A stretch of 64,000 nt of DNA, from positions 38,682,340 to 38,746,339 of the forward strand of contig NC_081380.1 of assembly GCF_030684315.1 (NCBI RefSeq), read 5' to 3'. Position 1 is the first letter of the stretch, and each line of letters opens with the position of its first letter. The stretch comes from Stegostoma tigrinum (Eukaryota). The notes beneath the pieces were generated by a model. The model was not told the origin of the DNA. It was given only the letters and a program-made list of their open reading frames with translations, and did no database searches. The position numbers and the translations under genes are program-made. Below are positions 46,351 to 58,880 of the stretch, piece after piece.

Positions 46351-46429
46351 GATGCAGGCAGCATTGTTTCCCATCCCGAGTTGCATTGGACAGGGTGATT
46401 TTCCAGGACATTATAGAATTGCTGTACAG

Positions 46430-46875
46430 TTTTAGCCTCCTCCTCTGAGGAAGGATGTTCTGGCTTTAGAGGGAGTGCAACAAAGGTTTAACCAGACTGC
46501 TTCTCAAGGCTGGCAGGACTGAGGAATGAATTGGGCAGGATAGACACAGGAAGGGTGCTCCTGATGACTGGGGAGTTCAGAACCAGGGGTCACAGTCGAA
46601 TGATATTGGCTGAGCCATTTAGGACTGAGATGTGGAGAAATTAGTTCACCCAGAGAGTAGTGAGCCTGTGCCACAGAAGGCTGTTGAGGTCTAACCTTTG
46701 AATGTTTTCAATGTGTTAAAGGTAGTACTTAGGGCTAAAGGGATCGAAATGGACAGGAGAGGAAGTGGGACAGGGGACCGAGTTGGATGATCAGCCAAGA
46801 TCATACTGGATGGAGGAGCAGACTCAAAGGGCTGAATGCCGTACCCCGCTCCCGTTTTCTTTGCTTCTGTATTTC
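46430..46875 (+). mobile_element. CR1-type LINE 3' fragment
   Basis: ctgaggaaggatgttctggctttagagggagtgca...agaaccaggggtcacagtc...aagggctgaatg. Confidence 0.75.
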
Positions 46876-47564
46876 TGCGGGTTTCGGGTATGGGCCAGAT
46901 TGCTCAAAGATGGCATATTTTAGCTTCCAAGGGGATGAGTGAACCAGATAGATTTTTACAACAATCGCTGATGGATGTGTAATAAAGTCATCACAATGAA
47001 CACCTTCTGTGGAACCAACTGTTATCTTACATCATCTACATCAACCAGGCAATGTCAACAGGAGCATAAATTTTGTCTGGAAAGCTGCCTTGGTTTTGCT
47101 TTTGCTTATAACGACTTGTGCACGCCTAGGGGCACTGGTCTGGTTGTGTAACTTCACCAGGGTGGTGGAGATGCGTGCTTATGGCCTGTTCTCCCTGAAC
47201 TGTCCACCTCATGTGATGTAAAGTGTCTTTGCACATTAGCGACTTGTGCATCAGCTTGTGAACCACCTAAAAGGACTGTTGAGGACCGTCAGTTATCCCC
47301 AGGCCACACTTTGCGATCAATTACTGTGATGTATCTATCTTTTACAATATTGATTGTATTCACCAGAGAGTTTAGGTCCACAAGCAGCTTGGGCAAACTA
47401 CATGAGGTTCTCAGACGAGACCATCAGATTGCTGTGGACAGTGACAATGTTTTTGTGAGGAGGGCAGTGATTTGAGGACACAGTGAGTAGGTTAGAGCTG
47501 GGATCATTCAGAAAAGAATGTCTGTGATGAATCTTTGCTCTTGACTGCTTTTCCTACTTTCTGT

Positions 47565-48585
47565 TTCATTTGTTCATGGGATTGTTGCAAGCTATGTCAG
47601 CATTTATAGCCCGTCCCTAGTTGCCCTTGAGAGGCTGGTGGTGAACTGCCTGTTGAACTGCTGCAGCCCTTGTCGAGGCACCCACAGTTCTGTTAGGAAG
47701 GAGTTTCCAAGATGCTGACCCAAGAGCACTGATGGAAAGTCTGGATGGTGCGTGACTATGGGGGGATCTTGCAGGGATGTGGTGTACCCTTATGTCTACT
47801 GACCATGATGATAAATGCCATGAGTTTCGAAGATGCTGTCAAAGGAACCTTGGTGAGTTACTTCAATGAACCTTGTAGATGGTAGACACTGCTGCATCTA
47901 TGTATTGGTGCCAAAGGGTGTACTTGTGGCAGGTGGTATATAGTGCCAGCGAAACAAGTTGCTTTGTCCTGGATGATGTTGAGCTTCTTGAGTGTTGTTG
48001 GAACTGCAACTGACCAGGTAAGTAGGGAGTATTCCATCACACTTCTAAATATAGTACCTTGTGGATGGTGGACAGGCTGTGGAGTGACAAGATGTGAATT
48101 CTGTGCAGAATTCCCACTCTCTCACTTACTTTTATGGCCACAGTATTGATACGTCTGGTCCACTTGAGTTTTTGGCAAACGGAAACCCCCAGGATGTTGA
48201 CATTCGGTGATGGTAATGGCATTACCTGTCAAGGGGAAATGGTTAGATGCTCTTTTGTTGGAGATGACTATTTTCTGGTGTAAATCACAGTTACTACTTT
48301 TCAGCCCAGGCCTGGATGTGGTCCAGGTCTTGCGGCATTTGCACATGGACTGTTTCAGTACCTGAATAGTTACAAACTCTGCAGTCATCAGTAAACATCC
48401 CACTTCTGACCTTATGATGGAGGAAATGTCGTTACAGAAGCAGCTGACGATGATTGGGTGTAGGACACTGAGGAGCTCCTGCAGACACGTCCTGGAGCTG
48501 AGATTATTGACTTCAGCGATGACAACCACTTCCCTTTGACTCCAAACAGCAAAGCATTTTCCCTGATTCCCATTGATTCCAGTTT
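47565..48585 (-). mobile_element. CR1/L2-group LINE, ~1 kb 3' fragment including RT motifs (frameshifted)
   Basis: Minus-strand PIIVSCFCNDISSIIRSEVG (RT region), NILGV..QKLKWTRRINTVA, MEYSLLTW..A.PTTLKKLNIIQDKA; same tail as SINE family B. Confidence 0.82.
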
Positions 48586-50269
48586 TGTTTATGTGTGATT
48601 TTCACTGAAACTTGAATTGAAAGTGAGTTTGAGACCTTCAACCAGAGCAGTTGTTTTCCTGGATGGAGCATTTATCAATCACAAATGAGTGTGAACTCAG
48701 GTTGGACAGGACTGGAAAATGCTTAAGAAGTGGATTGGATTTTAATATACTCTTTTTGGTGAGATCAAGAGGTCTTATTCCTTTGGGCCAGATCATGAGA
48801 AGATCACCAGATAAGGAGTATTACTGGATAGGGGAGAAAAAGAGGGCAAATGAGAGTTGAAATGCGTATTAACCATGATTAAAATGAATGAAAGAACACC
48901 CCAGATGGACTGAACGGCCTCTTCCTGTATCTAATGTCATAATCAGATAATGTTACTCGGGTCATTGCAGTTCTGAATCATGAGTTGGGGCTGAGTGATA
49001 TTGATATCACTTGATACCATTGATTTCATATTGATGTTGGAAAGACTTTGATAATGAGTTGGAGTTCTTTCTGTTACTGCCTCCCTTTTTGCTGGGATGG
49101 GGGTCAAGAATTTTAGGATCCAGGACCACCGGCTCACCTAAAGCTGAGTCATGAGTGCTTTTCCCCCATTGGGTTTGAAACTCTAGGGTCTTTCACAAGG
49201 AGAGCTGTGTTTACTGATAAATCTGTATCTGCCTGGATTACGGTTACAGACTTCAGTGCTTGGACATTCCTGCTTTGAGGAAAAGATTTGTTCTTTTTGA
49301 AGGCGTTTATCTCTCCTGTCCCTTCTCCATCTTTCCATGCCATCTCTAGATGAGATTGACCAATTTGTTGACGTTTCTCAAAAGCTGCCAAAAGGATAGT
49401 GACCTCAGATCTTCCTTCTCTAGCTTGGCTTTCCTCAGAACCTCATTATGGCACCTCGAGGACTGTCACCCGGTGCTGTTTTGTAAATCGGGGAATCACA
49501 TTAAAATATAACATAGGCTGAGGCATTGAGATCTGCGATGAACGAGGAAGGTTGCTGAATTCCCCAGAGGACTTTTATCTCACTTAACACCTGACTATGT
49601 CTTTGGAAAAAAAGACCAAGGAATTTGGAATCCATTAAACACTTATCCTCGCTCAGGCCTTGAGAGTAGCGTTTGGGTCATGAGCAACCATTGCCAACCA
49701 TCCCAGCTGGAAACCTGTAGTTTTGCATCTCTGCCTCCCCTCAGCACTCCCTCCCCCAGCACCTCCAAACTATGGGGAAGGCTGAAGGGACACCTTGGGA
49801 GATTTCTCCATGTAGCATTGGGAGCTGCCCTCTCAAACCACTGCTCATATTGTAGTGCTACACCTCCCCCAAACCCCTCAAATGCCCCTAGGATGCCTAG
49901 ATGTCAGGTCTTATCCCTCTGATCAGGCTATCCAAGAACACAGCATAGTTGGCCAAGTCTGTTTTTGAGTCATACACGACGCAGATTGGAACCTCACTCT
50001 CTATCTTCACATGCTTTCAACCCACCATTCATAACTGTGACCTCTGACATTCTTATTCTATAACCTTAATAACAATTCCAAATCTGGCTGAGCTGAATTC
50101 TTGATGAGGTCAGCATCCTCTGGGCTGTGTCTAACCCTCTGGGAGAGTTGCCAATGGTGAAAAGTCTTTTACTGCCTTTGGAAACAGATATAGATGATTA
50201 ATGGAAATTCCCACATAACAGCTAAATTAGCAGCATGTTGTGTGGCTATCCATGAGCAGTTTTCGTTCA

Positions 50270-51190
50270 TGTATCTAAGGAAGGATGCGCTGGCGTTGAA
50301 GGGAGTCCAGAATGATCCCAGGGATGAAGAGCTTATCATATGACGGGTGGTTAAGGACTTTGGATGTATGCTTGATGGAGGTTAGAAGGATGGGTGGGGG
50401 GAGGTATCTGATAGCACTTACACTGTACTGAGAGGCGTAGATAGAGAGGACATGGAGAAGATGTTTCTACTTTTGGAGAGACTAGGACCCAAGAGCACAG
50501 CCTCAGAGCGAAGAGACAACCCTTTGGAACTGAGACGAGGAAGACTTTCTTTAGCTAGAGGTGGTCAATCGGTGGAACTCATTGCTGCAGAGGACTGTGG
50601 AATGAGTGTATTTAAGACAGACAGATAGGTTCTTGATTAGTAGGGGGATCAAAAGTTATGGGGACAGGCAGGAGAATGGGTTGATTGACTGTTTCATGTA
50701 CCAAAGTACAGTGAACAGCTTTGTTTACTGGCAGAACAGGCAGATCATAATATGCAAGGTTATACAGATGAAGAAGATTGAGACAGAGGCATATAGGTTA
50801 CATTGCACAGGGTATGCACTAGGCAAGAGCAGCGTTATTTGAGGCGAGAGAGTCCATTCATCAGTCTGATAACAGCCATGAAGAAGCCGTTCCTGTAGCA
50901 GCTGGTGTGTGTGTTCAAGCTACTGTATCCTCTGCCTGATGGAAGAGATTGTAGGAGGCCATTACTGGAGTGTGATGGGTCTTTGATGATGTTGGCCGCC
51001 TTTCCATGGCAGCGAGCCACGTGGATGGAGTCCGTGGGTAGAAGGTTGGCTTTCGTGATCGTTTGGGCTGTGCACACCCCCTTCTATAGTTTCTTACAGC
51101 CCATCAGAGACACCTCAGCCATGATGAAATGGTGCAGCAGACATGATGGGCTGAATGGCCTAATTCCACTCCTATGTCTTATGCTCTTAA
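50270..51190 (+). mobile_element. CR1-type LINE 3' end interrupted by a Rex1-type fragment
   Basis: ctaaggaaggatgcgctggcgttgaagggagtccag...gagactaggacc...gacaggcaggagaatggg then resumes tcagccatgatgaaatggtgcagcagac..gggctgaatggcct. Confidence 0.72.
50682..51098 (-). mobile_element. Rex1/Babar-type LINE 3' fragment
   Basis: ORF 50835-51077: AQTIT..L...DSI..ARCHGKAANIIKDPSH..NGLLQSLPSGRGY..L.T.TSCYRNGFF.AVIRLMN; same family as 31480-32235. Confidence 0.78.
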
Positions 51191-52637
51191 GGGCTCCTCT
51201 CTGGAGTGTTAGTCCCAAGAGGTTGAATAACATCAAGTCACAACCGTGCATCAGGTGACAACAATGGCAGCATCAAAAGCCCCACCCCACCCCCAACACT
51301 GTTGAAAGGCTTGGCTTGACCACCCCCTACTCATTGTGGAAGAACCATCAGAAGCCATTCGCAAGAGCTGTTGGTGCTGAGAATGACGCTTCATATTGAT
51401 AGCACCAATCAACACCATCCAAATTTGGCTAGCACAGTTTAGTAGATAAATTCTGTCCTTTTATTTTTGGTCTCTGCTTAACGGAACAACATTATCATTC
51501 CATTCTCACGGAGGAAGAACTACTTAAAATGTGAGAATCAAGTGGCAGTGATTTGGTGTTAATATCTGTTTAGTCAGAGGAGCGAGCTAAAGTGGTGCAA
51601 CTGGGAATAACCTGGGCCAAGGTTTGCACTTAAAAAATGCCCGCAAAGCTTAGTCATGGCATCAAGTGGAGGTTTACGTGGGCACTGCATGATGCATTTC
51701 TCTTACATTTACATTAATTAGGCTAAAAGGGAACAAGCAATTGCCCAGGTTAAAAAAAAAAGTTTGAGCCCATTTGCTGATACTCAAAGATGAGAAGCAG
51801 AGAGTTTGCATTGTGAAATCGATTGTTTACTTAGATTGCTTCTAATGCAAAGAGTTAATGCAGTGGGTGAAATTGTGAGTTGAAATCTGTTCTATAATAG
51901 TACACACTATTCAGCCTGTCTGCCTGGCACTGTCTCTCTGAATGACCAGTTCACTGAGTGCCCATTCCCACTCGACCTGCACGTTCTTCCTTTTCAGAAA
52001 GTACTCCAAGTTGTGTTTGAAGGCTTTGATCAAATCAGCCTGTTTCAGATCCTCAGGCAGGTCATTCCAGACCTTAACTGCACAAGGAAGATTTCCCCCA
52101 TGTCACTCTTGCTTCTTTTACCATTACTTTACGTCTGTGCATCTCAATCTTTCCATGAGTCAGAACAATTCCTCTCTACTTTTCCAAACTCTTGAGGATT
52201 TTTGAAGCTCCCTATTGATTCTCCACATAGCTTTCTCTTTTCCAAGGAAAACCAGCCCAGCCTTTCACAGCCTGAGGATAAATCGAAGTGTTTCACACAA
52301 GGGGGGAGAGCCCATTTTAAAAGTGTAATTACTAGAGCAGTTTAGGAGTGTACGGGATCTTTGATGCTCACCAGGGGAGAGTAGACAGATTTAACCTCTC
52401 GTAGGAAAAGGTCTTTAAAAACGGGGATGTTTTCATTTGTTAATTCCAGTTGATTGCTGACAGATTTACTTATTCAGGAGATTCACATTGGATCAATGAC
52501 AGGTTTAATCAGTGAGTTTACTGCACTTGGTCCCAAGGTCAGTGATTAGGGGCTTGATGCAAAGGGGGGAAATAGTGAGAGATGTGATTCAGATTGACAA
52601 TGCAACCGTGAATCAAGAGGTTTTTTCAATCAAGTTT

Positions 52638-52768
52638 TTTCTGACGAAGTTTCTAGACCCAAAACGTCAACTTTTGTGCTCCTAAGATGCTGCTTGGCCT
52701 GCTGTGTTCATCCAGCCCCACACTTTGTTATCTCGGATTCTCCAGCATCTGCAGTTCCCATTATCTCC
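52638..52768 (+). mobile_element. Penelope-like family A single arm
   Basis: CTGACGAagtttctagacccaaaacgtcaacttttgtgctcctaagatgctgcttggcc...tctccagcatctgcagttcccattatctc. Confidence 0.78.
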
Positions 52769-54044
52769 ATTGTGTTTCACGTCTATCTCCTGCCTGTGTA
52801 TTGTTAGCTTCTGCACAGTGGTGTACTACGTTTGTCTCTTATCACATTGTGGACCTCCTGAGATCCATGCGTGGCTGTGGTGTCTGGAACCAGAAGTCAG
52901 TGTGTCCGGGTGCCAATTGTCATGCACAGATCACCCAAGTGACTGCATAACTGTGCAGGTTTGAGGAAACAGTGATGCGCTTTAATATGCAGAGACTCCC
53001 TTAAATGGCCCCCTCATGCCTTCCAATTGATTAAAAGTAGAAATAATAGAAATTCACCATGGGTCTGGTAGCATCTGTGTGGAGAGACTGAGTCAATGTT
53101 TCAGGGAACAGAAAACACCTCCATTTCCAGGCTCCCATTGCTTGTTGTGAGCTTCAGGACATGCTAAAATTTGACATCTGAATTGTGACAGAAGGTAAGC
53201 GTGACATTATATGCCAGATTTTGAAAAAAATTAATTGGCTGCATTTTCCTCCAAAATGAATGTCCGTACAGTCACAAACAGAAACAGCATGTTCTAAACC
53301 AGTGCTGACATTTCAGATGATTGAAATGCAGATTAAAGATTGTTTTGCATTAAAACAATATCATTTTATTTTTAGAATATGTTTGATAGCCCGCAGAAGC
53401 AGAATTGGCTGAGGTAATTTTGCCATCCATTTTACAAAGGGAAACCTCACTTTAAGCACTGAAGGAGCAGGCTATAATCAGCCTGCTGTATTATTAAATA
53501 GAGTCATTTTCCAACTTTGTACTCACAGAGCAAGAGCTTTGTACATTTGGGAGCGCTTGTTGGCAAAATGACATAGAAGTTATTTTTCCAGAGCGAGTTG
53601 ATGCCTGATACATAACAGTACCGAACCGAGAGCTTGGGTTCAGCCATTACCTGAAACTTCCTGATGCAGAGAGTATGGAGAGCAACGAATGGGCATGAGA
53701 TTCAACACGATTGCTTACTCTCATTCTCATAAATGTATCCCGAAAGAGTCAACTGGTTTAAAGGGAAGGGGTAGGAGAGGGCTCGGGCCAGGAGATGAAA
53801 GTCTGGTTCATTCCCACACCACCTTTTCGGTATTGTGTGACAGTGTAAAGGCATCCCTCCCCCATTACCGTGTCATTGCATAGCAGACGTCCCCAAGCCC
53901 TTGAAGAGTATCGCTAGTGACTCCCTCCCCTTTAGTGGCCGCTCCAGTATCCGTATACTCTGTCTTGTGCCACCAGCCCCAGTATTGATTGGGCCATATC
54001 GTGAGCCCCGCCCCCAAAACCAGAGAAGAAACACTTTTTTAAAA

Positions 54045-54335
54045 ACTCATTCACAGGATGTGGACGTTGTTGGCCAGTACTTAATGCTTATCCCTAATAG
54101 CAGTTGAGAGTCAACCACATTGCTGTGGGTCTGGAGTCACTTGTGGCCGAGGGATGTTAGTGATACCGTAGGGATCTTTCCCCAACAATCAGCAATGGTT
54201 TAATGGTCATCATTACACTCTTCATTCCAGATTTTTATTGAATTCAAATTCCACCATCTTCCATTGGTGGGATTTGAACCTGATTACTGGACTAATAGTC
54301 ATGTGATAATACCATCAGGCAGTTGCCTCCCCTAT
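54045..54335 (-). mobile_element. SINE family B
   Basis: gagtcaaccacattgctgtgggtctggagtcac...ttccagatttttattgaattcaaattccaccat...ggatttgaacc. Confidence 0.72.
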
Positions 54336-56639
54336 CTGCGATGCTGCTAATGGTTTTGATAATATCTGACAGACTCAAGCACAGACAATGGCGGATTTTA
54401 TATCACACATCTGGTGCGCAATGGTACCTTTTAGATTCATGCTCACCATGATATCTGTTGTTTTAAAATTGTCAGTCTCCATCTTACTGGGGTCACTTAC
54501 TGCATTGCTCAGTGCTAGCCCATGCACAACAGTGTCTGTGATTGTAATGTGTTTAAATACCAGGAGGTATGGTATCTTTGAGTACCACGTTACCTGTATC
54601 TAGTCTAATATTAAGGGAACTAATATATGCACTGCCTCATCAGGTACCGGTAACCTCCTGGAGGTAATAAAGCTCTTTGCTGCACCTGTGGCATATCTAG
54701 GGGTGTGTGAAAACTTGAGTCCACTATCCACATGCCCCACCAATGGCTGGAGGTTTGGACCCAGTATTGTATTGCGTTGTTCAGTCACCTCGGACCCAAC
54801 AGCCCTGGTTTCGTAACTCCAGAGGGATTGTCTAAGATTAAGAGGAGTTTTTTTTTCTCTCAACTTCCCATGGCCTCCTGGTGACATAGAGCCTTGACAC
54901 TCGCTTAAACGACACTTGGAGTAAAGTGCACAGTTCTGTATTCTCCATTCACACAGGGGGCGTGGAGGTGTGGACGATGTGGTGCTAACAAAAAATTTTA
55001 TGAAGATAATACCAGAATGTAGAGAGGTTTAAATTTCAAGAATGATTGTTTGGGGGCACTTCTTCCTGGGGGCGGGGGTTAAAAAAAAGACGGAAGATGA
55101 TTTGAAGTCTTCAAATCTCTGAAGGGATTTGATCAGGTAGAGAAGAAACAGGGAATGCGGACAATTTGTGGGTGAGTTGACATAGCTGTTGCTGGTAGTA
55201 ACTGCTTGAGCCTTTGGCCCTGTTTGTGGGGTGTCACATGTGTTTTTTATTTCACACCCTCGCACTCCATGGTAGCTCGCCTGTAACCTGCTCTCATCCA
55301 GATCTGACCCACCTTCCCGCTACTCTCTGCTTTGCCCTCTGCAAAGGATCTCTGTATCTCTTACTAGTCAACTAGGCTGAAACACTGACGGAAAATTCTG
55401 ATCTAGTCATCACTTATTTTTTAGTTTTTTTTGCAATTTCAAGTACCTTCTGGTTTGCTCGTGATAGGGCTTGTAGATATAGCGTAGTCACTAATAAATC
55501 AAACTGGGAATTCAGGGAGAACTGCAGTCAGGATGGAAGTGGGTATTGCAGGGAATAGTTGGTTAATAGCGTCAATGTATTTAAGGGGAAGCTGAATAAA
55601 CACTGAAAGGAGAGAGGAATAGAAAGCAGATTGGGAAAAAACCCCTATCACTGCCCTGTTGGGTGAAATGGACAGTTTTTACAGGTATATTCTGTGTAAT
55701 TTTAAGTGGTTTGTGTTCGCAGTTGGGTCTAATGCTGAACATGTGGAGGTAGATTGATCCGTGTGAGGCCGGCGACAGTAAACAGGACATTTACAAACCA
55801 GGACTGACACTACAGATGATCTAAATGTAGATGAGCAATCGTTTTGCATTTAAATAATAAAAGTTTATTTTTAGACAGGCCAGCAGCTCGGGAGGAAAAA
55901 ATTGGCAGAAATCACTTTAATGTATCTGGCAAAAACACTCGCACTCAACACACTGGCAAGATTATAATCATGGCTTTTCTTTTTAAATGAAAATGTTCTT
56001 TATTGCTATTGAATATGAAGTTACAAATTAAATAGAATAGTGGGCCCGGAAGACCCAAAGCTGTTTCTGTCAAATTATGTGTTTGTTGAAATGTTCATCC
56101 GCTATTATTCACAGCTTTAGAGCAGATTCCTTGGTGCTAAATTTAGAATCGCTCCCGCTTTGTCAGTTTAAAGGAACACTGTTATTTGCAGCGTAGGTGA
56201 GCACTCCAAATAGAACTGTACATTTCAATATGTGACGAATTTTGAAACTCGTGTGAGAAGTTTTTTTGTGGAAAAATATACTTTTCTCTCCACGAGGAAA
56301 GCGTCAGATCCTTTCAGGGGGAGTGGACTGGGGTCACAGTGCCCTATGCCTGAGATAACTGCAACCCCTTAATACCCCTGCTATCTGTCCAAATTCATGT
56401 ACCTCTATTGCCTATTCCACATACCTTATCTCTGCACCAAATGGTGTGGACTGCTAAAGGAAAAGCCTCCAAATGGGGGAAGGTTTCCCAGAATAACTAG
56501 GTCCTGAGGTCAGTTATGATGCAGTGTTTTGTGGATAGTGGAGCCTGACACAAAGCAGATAAAAGCACAGGTCTTCATTAATTTAGCGCCTTCAGGAGGT
56601 CCCAAAGACCTTTACAACCCATGTGGTACTCATTGAAAT

Positions 56640-56775
56640 GAAAACAAAAAAGTGCTGGAGATCACTGGATTAGGCAGCACCCATAGAGGGAAAGCAAGCC
56701 AATGTTTCGAGTCTAGATGATTCTTTCATCAGAGCTGCGTTTTCAGTTCAAATTCCAGCATCTCCAGTAACTTGC
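56640..56775 (-). mobile_element. Penelope-like fragment with hammerhead-like motif
   Basis: Reverse of 56697-56736: AGCT-CTGATGA-aagaatcatctagactc-GAAA-CATT-GGCT (4-bp stem I). Confidence 0.62.
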
Positions 56776-56819
56776 TAGGACTCTTTGAAACACAGTTTCT
56801 TAGGCTCCTTTTCTCGAAT

Positions 56820-57660
56820 TCACTCACAGGACATGGGCATCAGCGGCCAGGCCATTTGAAAGGGCAGTTAAGAGTCAACCAGATTGCCGTGGATTGGAGT
56901 CACATGTAGACCAGACCAGGTAAAAGCATGAGTGGAACCAGTGGGTTCCTTGCTGCAGAGAGCCTTGTGAGCATAGTCCTTGTGCATATTTAAGGCTGAA
57001 CTAGATAGGCTCTCCTCAGGCCGGTTTCCCATACATTGGTTGGAGTCCCATCACGGTGAAATTTGGATTCAGTAAAATAACGATTGGAATTGAAAAGCTA
57101 GCCCAGTGGTGAGCATGTAAACTGATTGCCATAAAAATAAAACACCATCTGGCTCATTTTAGAGAAGGAAGTCTGCTATCCTCACCTGGTCTGGCCTACA
57201 TGTGACTCCAGATCTACAGAAATGCTCTGAGGAAGGGTCACCAGCCCCAAAACGCTAACTCTGTTTTTTCCTTCGCAGATGCTGCTAGGCCCTGCTGAGC
57301 TTTTCCAGCAACTTTGTTTTTGTCTCTACAGAAATGTGATTGACTTTTAATTGCCTTCTGGGCAATTAGGGACGGGCAATAAATGCTGGCCCAGCCACAG
57401 GCATTGAATGAATGAATGAAGAAGTAGGGGAAATCAAGGATTACAGGGAAAGGGCAGGAAAGTGGACATGAAGAATATCAGATCAGTCATGAACCTACTG
57501 AGTTGGGGGGAGCAGGCTAAAATAGCCTACTGCTGTACCTATGCCTTCTGGAGAGTAGTTACTTACATGGTCACCATTCCAGATTTTCACTGAATTCGAA
57601 TTGCCCTATGTAGCACGATGGGTTTGAACCCGTGTCCCCAGAACATTAACCTGGTGGTGT
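56820..57660. mobile_element. Mosaic of SINE family B (both strands), CR1 tail and a family-B Penelope-like insertion (57225-57322)
   Basis: tctacagaaatg occurs both before and after ctctgaggaagggtcacc...ccagcaactttgtttttg (probable TSD); host tail gggcaataaatgctggcc..(tgaa)n. Confidence 0.65.
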
Positions 57661-58029
57661 CCAGTGAAATTGTCACTGTGCCACCCTACTTTGTTCAGAA
57701 GGGAGCCAAGGATTTGAGGTCAGACAGGAAAGTGAATTTCGGGCCATAATTAGATCAGCAAAGATCTCACGGAATGGCACAGCAGACTCGAAGGGCTGAA
57801 TGGCCTACGCCTGCCCCCATCTCTTTTCCATTGTGGGAGAACACGGCTACCAGCCTGCATCAAGAGCTCTGTGATAATGTCTGTTTCTTCTGTGCATGAT
57901 AGAAGAGCCCAAGTACAAAGAACAGGAATAGGCCATTCAGCTCCTCAAGCCTATCACCATTTAACGTGATCATGGCTGATCTCATCTCAGCCTCAACCCC
58001 ACTTTCCTGCCTGCTCTCTATGATGCTTC

Positions 58030-58300
58030 AACCCAGAAACTGATTGGGAGATAAAGACTGGCCAAGCCACAAGGGCAAACTTGCTTTTTGTTCATCAAAT
58101 GATTCGGGATCCTTCACATTTCAACTGAGATGCCAGTCAAGGCCCCTGTTTAACATCTCATCTCAAAGATGGTACCTCTGACAATGCAGCACTCCCTTGA
58201 TACTGTCTTTGGAAGTGTCAGCCAAGATTTAGTGCTCAGATCCCTGGAGCAGGATGTGGGCTCCAGCCTCTGAGTCTGAGGAAAGAGTGTGGTCCACTGA
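58030..58300 (-). mobile_element. SacSINE1-like DeuSINE (5' half)
   Basis: ggcccctgtttaacatctcatc..aaagatggtacctctgacaatgcagcactccc..gtgtcagcc..gtgctca (reverse Deu-domain). Confidence 0.65.
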
Positions 58301-58390
58301 GAGAAAGTCAGTACTGGCTCGCAGTATCATACTGAAGGCATGGGCTGTGCACACTCTGATATTTATAAGACACTTGTTAGACCTCAGCTG

Positions 58391-58516
58391 GGATGTGGAG
58401 GTGTTGGACTGGGGTGGACAAAGTCAGAAGTCACACCACACCAGGTTATAGCTCAACAGGTTTATTTGGAATCAGAAGCTTTGGAGTGCAGCCCCTTCGT
58501 CATCTGATCAAGGGGT
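58391..58516 (-). mobile_element. Penelope-like pLTR fragment, third family (C), decayed hammerhead-like motif
   Basis: Reverse strand: aTGACGAaggggctgcactccAAAGCTTctgattccaaataaacctgttg..ctataacctggtgtggtgtgacttctgactttgtccacccc. Confidence 0.55.
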
Positions 58517-58665
58517 TCAATGGAAGCATTGAATGCTTATTTGGAGAGCAATGGTGTGGAGGGAAATGGGAAACAGACAGCATATTGGCACTAGGGGATA
58601 GAACCAGTGCAGGCATGATGGACTGAATGGTCTATTTGTACACCATAACAATTCTATGATTCTGT

Positions 58666-58880
58666 GATAACAAGGTGTAGAGCTGGATGAACTCGGCAGG
58701 CCAAGCAGCATCTTAGGAGCAGGAAAGCTGATGTTTCGGGACTAGACCCTTTATCAGCTGATGAAGAGTCTAGGCCCAAAACGTCAGCTTTCCTGCTCCT
58801 AAGATGCAGCTTGGCCTGCTGTGTTCATCCAGCTCCACACCTTGTTATCTCGGATTCTCCAGCATCTGCAGTTCCTAATA
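58666..58880 (+). mobile_element. Palindromic Penelope-like family A element with ~15-bp TSD
   Basis: Arms 58666-58757 and 58758-58848 meet without spacer (tcag|ctga); tctatgattctgtga at 58653-58667 and 58881-58895. Confidence 0.87.
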
